Positions 59,881 through 64,000 of a DNA stretch of 64,000 nt are shown piece after piece. The stretch covers positions 30,690,001-30,754,000 of the forward strand of contig OZ024761.1 of assembly GCA_964016885.1 (NCBI GenBank). Direction: 5' to 3'. Source of the stretch: Eledone cirrhosa. Lineage: Eukaryota. Each line of letters begins with the position of its first letter. The first letter of the stretch is position 1. Both the position numbers and the translations under genes were made by a program. The notes below the pieces were generated by a model, which saw only the letters and a list, made by a program, of their open reading frames with translations, was not told the DNA's origin and did no database searches.

Positions 59881-60362
59881 GCAAGTATTTTCAATTAATT
59901 TTTCCTTTCTGTTTTACTTGCAAATCTATTTATTATTGCAACATATAATCTGTACAGGCAGTGAATTAACAGAGCTGTTAGAATTTCAAATGAAAGGCTT
60001 TGTGGTATTTGTGTTGGCTCTCTACACTCTGAGTTCTAATCTCACCAATGTTATCTTTCATCCATGTGGCCTAGTGGTTTGGGGGTTGAAGTTACGACCA
60101 TAATGTCGTGGGTTTAATTCCTGGACCAGGTGGTGCATTGTGTTCTTGAGCAAAACACTTCATTTTATGTTACTCCAGCCCTCTCAGTTGAAAATGAGTT
60201 CCAGCAGTAGCTGGGGAGTTAACTCCGTGATGGACTGGCATCTTGTCCAGTGGGTTGGGGAGTCTTATACTCTCAGACATTTAACATCAAAGAAACTAGG
60301 AAAAGCACCAGCCTGATAATGAGCCTCTGGGTTTTTATATTTTCCTATTTTCTTTGTTATAG

Positions 60363-60546
60363 ACCCATTCTGCAGACCGTCAAGTTGCCGATTCAGCTTC
60401 TACTGCCACTGCATACTTATGTGGTGCTAAGACCAATTTCGGTATGTCAGGAATGGCAGCACCATATCCATTTGGAAAATGTGGAAATGATAAAGAATAT
60501 GAAAACAACAAAGTGTATTCTGTTCTGAATTTGGCTCACTTAGCTG
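60363..60546 (+). CDS. ALPL-like: alkaline phosphatase, exon 3 (catalytic Ser)
   Basis: THSADRQVADSASTATAYLCGAKTN. AG/GT sites, phase consistent. Confidence 0.95.
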
Positions 60547-60796
60547 GTAAGATCTGTGGCTGTATATCATCATCATCATCATCATCATAATTACCACCAC
60601 CTCCATCACCATGATGGTGATCATCATCATCACCATGATCATCATATCATCACCATCATCATAATCATCATCATCATCATCATCATAATTACCACCATCA
60701 CCACCATCATTTCAAGTTTGGAATATTTATTTATTTATTTATTTATTTATTTATCTATTTTTGACTGTCACCTCTCTGATTAACTTTAATTAACAG

Positions 60797-60966
60797 GTAA
60801 GGCAACAGGTGTTGTAACAACGACCCGACTTACTCATGCATCTCCTTCAGCTACCTATGCTCATGTAGCTGACAGCAACTGGGAATCTGATTATAATATG
60901 GTCAATATTACAGGTGGTTGTTCTGATATTGCTAAACAACTTATTGATGAAAATAAATTCATAAAG
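60797..60966 (+). CDS. ALPL-like: alkaline phosphatase, exon 4
   Basis: GKATGVVTTTRLTHASPSATYAHVADSNWESD...GCSDIAKQLI. Confidence 0.95.
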
Positions 60967-61034
60967 GTAAATTTGTTATTATTTTTTTACTTTCTTTATT
61001 GATCTGTTATTAATTCTGATGTGGAAATATTGGT

Positions 61035-61685
61035 TCATGATAGGAAGAGCATCCAACCATATAAAACCTGCCAGATAAAAGGTCGAGAGGACCCTTCAGT
61101 TGTGTCAAGGTCATGACAAGTTGGTGATTTATATAATAAATACATTCAATAGACTCTGTAAAGTGGTTGGTGATAGGAAGAGCATCCAACCATATAAAAC
61201 CAGCCCGATAAAGGGTTGAGAGGATAAATGTACCCAGTACACTCTGTAAAGTGGTTGATGATAGGAAGAGCATCCAACCATATAAAACCAGCCCGATAAA
61301 GGGTCGAGAAGATAAATGTACCCAGTACACTCTGTAAAGTGGTTGATGATAGGAAGAGCATCCAACCATATAAAACCAGCCAGATAAAGGGTTGAGAGGA
61401 TAAATGTAGCCAGTACACTCTGTAAAGTGGTTGATGATAGGAAGAGCATCCAACCAAATGAAGGGTCATGAGGACCCTACAGTTGTGTCAAAGGTATGAC
61501 AAGCTCTTTCGTGTTGGTGATTTACATGGTAAATACACCCAGTACACTCTGTAATGTGGTTGCTGATAGGAAGAACATCTAACCATAGAAAACCTACCAA
61601 ATAAAGGGCTGAGAGAATTGTTTAGCTGTGTCAAAGACATGACAAGCTCTCTACTGTTGGTAATTTACATGATAAACATACCAGT
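61035..61685 (+). repeat. tandem array (88-bp core unit) derived from RTE 3'-UTR sequence
   Basis: CCCAGTACACTCTGTAAAGTGGTTG...GGAAGAGCATCCAACC at 61233, 61321 and 61409. Resembles 55050-55110. Confidence 0.8.
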
Positions 61686-61903
61686 TATAAAATATATCTT
61701 GTGTATCCAGTAATTTTGGTATTGTACTTAATATTGAAGACAGCAAATTGGTAGTCATTGTATTTGTTCCAACTCAGTGCACCCCAAGTTCAAATCCTGC
61801 CAAGGTCAACTTTGCATTTCATTCTTTTGAGCTCGATAAAGTACCAGTTTAATACTGGGGTCGATACTGCCTCTATATATCTCTCCCACTCCTTCTCCAC
61901 CCC

Positions 61904-61973
<70 letters not shown>

Positions 61974-62179
61974 CTTTCTCTTTCTCTAGGAGAAAGCAGA
62001 AAGCAGTTGTTTTCAAACCCAGAGAAGGTTGGGCTCTGCCATGTTTATATGCCCAAGATATGCTATATATCGCTATGGCGTCCCTAAGACTCAAACAATA
62101 GTTAAGACCCCCTTAATTGAATTTATACTGAATAAAGAACTGATAAATGACCATGTATTTCATTGTTTCTTTTCGTCAG

Positions 62180-62287
62180 GTGTTGATGGGAGGTGGACGA
62201 CATAAATTTCTGCCGATGAATTTTGTTGATCCAGAATATTCAAATAATATCACTAAAGGACGTCTGGACAAACGGAATTTAGTTGAG
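62180..62287 (+). CDS. ALPL-like: alkaline phosphatase, exon 5
   Basis: VLMGGGRHKFLP...DPEY...GRLDKRNLVE. Confidence 0.95.
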
Positions 62288-62553
62288 GTAAGTACCTATC
62301 TGGGTATATATATATATGGTGGGTATATATATTGTGGTCAGGCTGATAGACGTTGTTAGAATTCAAGGTGTCTTTGGAACAATGGTTACAGTGAGATTAG
62401 GCAGTGTAGCCAGTAGTTTTTGTAGTAGGTGACCACCACGTAAGGTTTCTTCGAAGAAGAATCCACCCTCCTTACAGAGTCATTTATATGTATGTGTTTG
62501 TGTATAGAACAATGATCTCTGACTTCTGTCTTGTTTTCATTGTTCTATATACA

Positions 62554-62610
<57 letters not shown>

Positions 62611-62854
62611 TCACACATATATATATACATAACAGTTATCAGTGAAATATGTATAACAGCGATATGTATAACATATTTCCTGCTAAATCATTACAGGATG
62701 TTAACAGCTAATATTTCAAGTTTTCATGGTGAACTGTCCACTAGTAAAGATACTATATATATTTCAAATAATAAACCTCTTTTTAAATATCTTCTGCTAA
62801 ATCATTACAGGATGTTAAGAGGTAATACTGCAATATCGTATCTTTTGTTTTCAG

Positions 62855-62957
62855 GACTGGAAGGCAGACAAAAAGGCTAAAAAACTTAAACATAAATATG
62901 TCTGGAATAAGGGACAGTTTGATGCAATTAATCCCTCAGAGACAGATTATGTGCTTG
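62855..62957 (+). CDS. ALPL-like: alkaline phosphatase, exon 6
   Basis: DWKADKKAKKLKHKYVWNKGQFDAINPSETDYVLG. Confidence 0.93.
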
Positions 62958-63083
62958 GTAAGATCTTTTATTGTTATTACTGTTGTTGTTATTGCTATTG
63001 TTGTAGTAGTAGACATGTGGCTTAGTGGTGGTTAGAGCAGGAGTCTTAAACACAAGATAAATCTATCATTTTTGTCGATGCAG

Positions 63084-63224
63084 GTCTATTTGAACCAAGT
63101 CACATGCAGTATGATCTAGAACGAGATACGACTGACAAAGGTGAACCTTCACTTGCTGAAATGGTTGAGAAAGCCATTAAAATACTAAAAAAAGACAAGG
63201 ACGGTTTTTTCTTATTTGTTGAAG
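63084..63224 (+). CDS. ALPL-like: alkaline phosphatase, exon 7
   Basis: [14 protein letters not shown]...[28 protein letters not shown]. Confidence 0.95.
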
Positions 63225-63531
63225 GTTGGTATATTTATTTGAAACCTCTGTGTATTTGAACAAATTCTACCCTTTCTTTAGTTCTGCCATATCTGATGCG
63301 TGTAACAGATCTGTCAACTCTCCCCATCTGACGGGGAGGGTTGACAGATGTGTATTTAAATTGAAATTTGCAGAACGAATGTTGCTCCCTGCTTTTCTCA
63401 CAAAACAAACATCCCGACATTATTGTTATCATATTTCTATCATTTACCATACAATTCTTAATGTGGATGCTTTCAAACAAAACGTTATTTTCTATCTTAA
63501 TAATTTATTTTATTTTTTTATTTCATTGCAG

Positions 63532-63723
63532 GTGGGAAAATTGACTCAGCTCATCATGACATTTTGGCAAAGAAGGCTTTGTATGAAGCTCTTGGTCTTG
63601 ACAAAGCTGTAGCAACAGCTTTAAAAATGGTGGATCTAGATGAAACCCTTGTTATAACCACAGCAGATCATTCTATCTCCTTTGCAACTTTAGGTTATGG
63701 CACACGATCTAACCCTATTCTAG
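63532..63723 (+). CDS. ALPL-like: alkaline phosphatase, exon 8 (gene continues beyond the window)
   Basis: GKIDSAHHD...DETLVITTADHSISF...GY..RSNPILG. Confidence 0.95.
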
Positions 63724-64000
63724 GTCAGTTTCACTTAATTTACTTACCATTTCATTACTGTATTTCTAATCTATTACATTGCCTTTGTGTTTCAATTAAT
63801 TTTGAAAATAATCAAAAAATTGGAGGAATTTAATAAAATAACTAATTTCTTCGTTAGTAAGCTGATATTTTGAACATTCTTTCAGTTCTGCTCATACCCC
63901 TCCCCTCAAGTCTGGAGACTCATCAAGCTGACTATGAAGGAATGATGCTAGAGCATCCTCATATGTTTTTTTTATGTCATTCTGCTATTGTTAAACTTAT

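Overview
AT-rich animal genomic DNA, dominated by (TA)n/(TATG)n microsatellites and retroelement debris. The SINE and RTE types suggest an octopus-like cephalopod (inference). Two spliced + strand genes can be reconstructed. One is a complete 4-exon, 219-aa secreted stanniocalcin-like gene (41622-47955). The other is the first 8 exons of an alkaline phosphatase (58305-63723, running off the window). That enzyme keeps its catalytic Ser and all visible metal ligands but has lost the phosphate-binding Arg (R166 equivalent) and two other active-site His residues, and it uses a GC-AG intron. The rest is mobile DNA: three different Penelope-like elements (RT and/or GIY-YIG), an RTE LINE with a PHD finger inside its RT, a CRE-type RLE element, a deleted Tc1, piggyBac- and hAT-like MITEs, SINEs and a probable solo LTR. 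The most striking non-coding pattern is a dense set of type I hammerhead ribozyme motifs from about ten sequence families. Most sit in fold-back Penelope 3' ends inserted in (TA)n, and the inversion or truncation breakpoints often fall on the ribozyme itself. Most long ORFs in the track are microsatellite artefacts. All calls were made by eye, and repeat boundaries are approximate.
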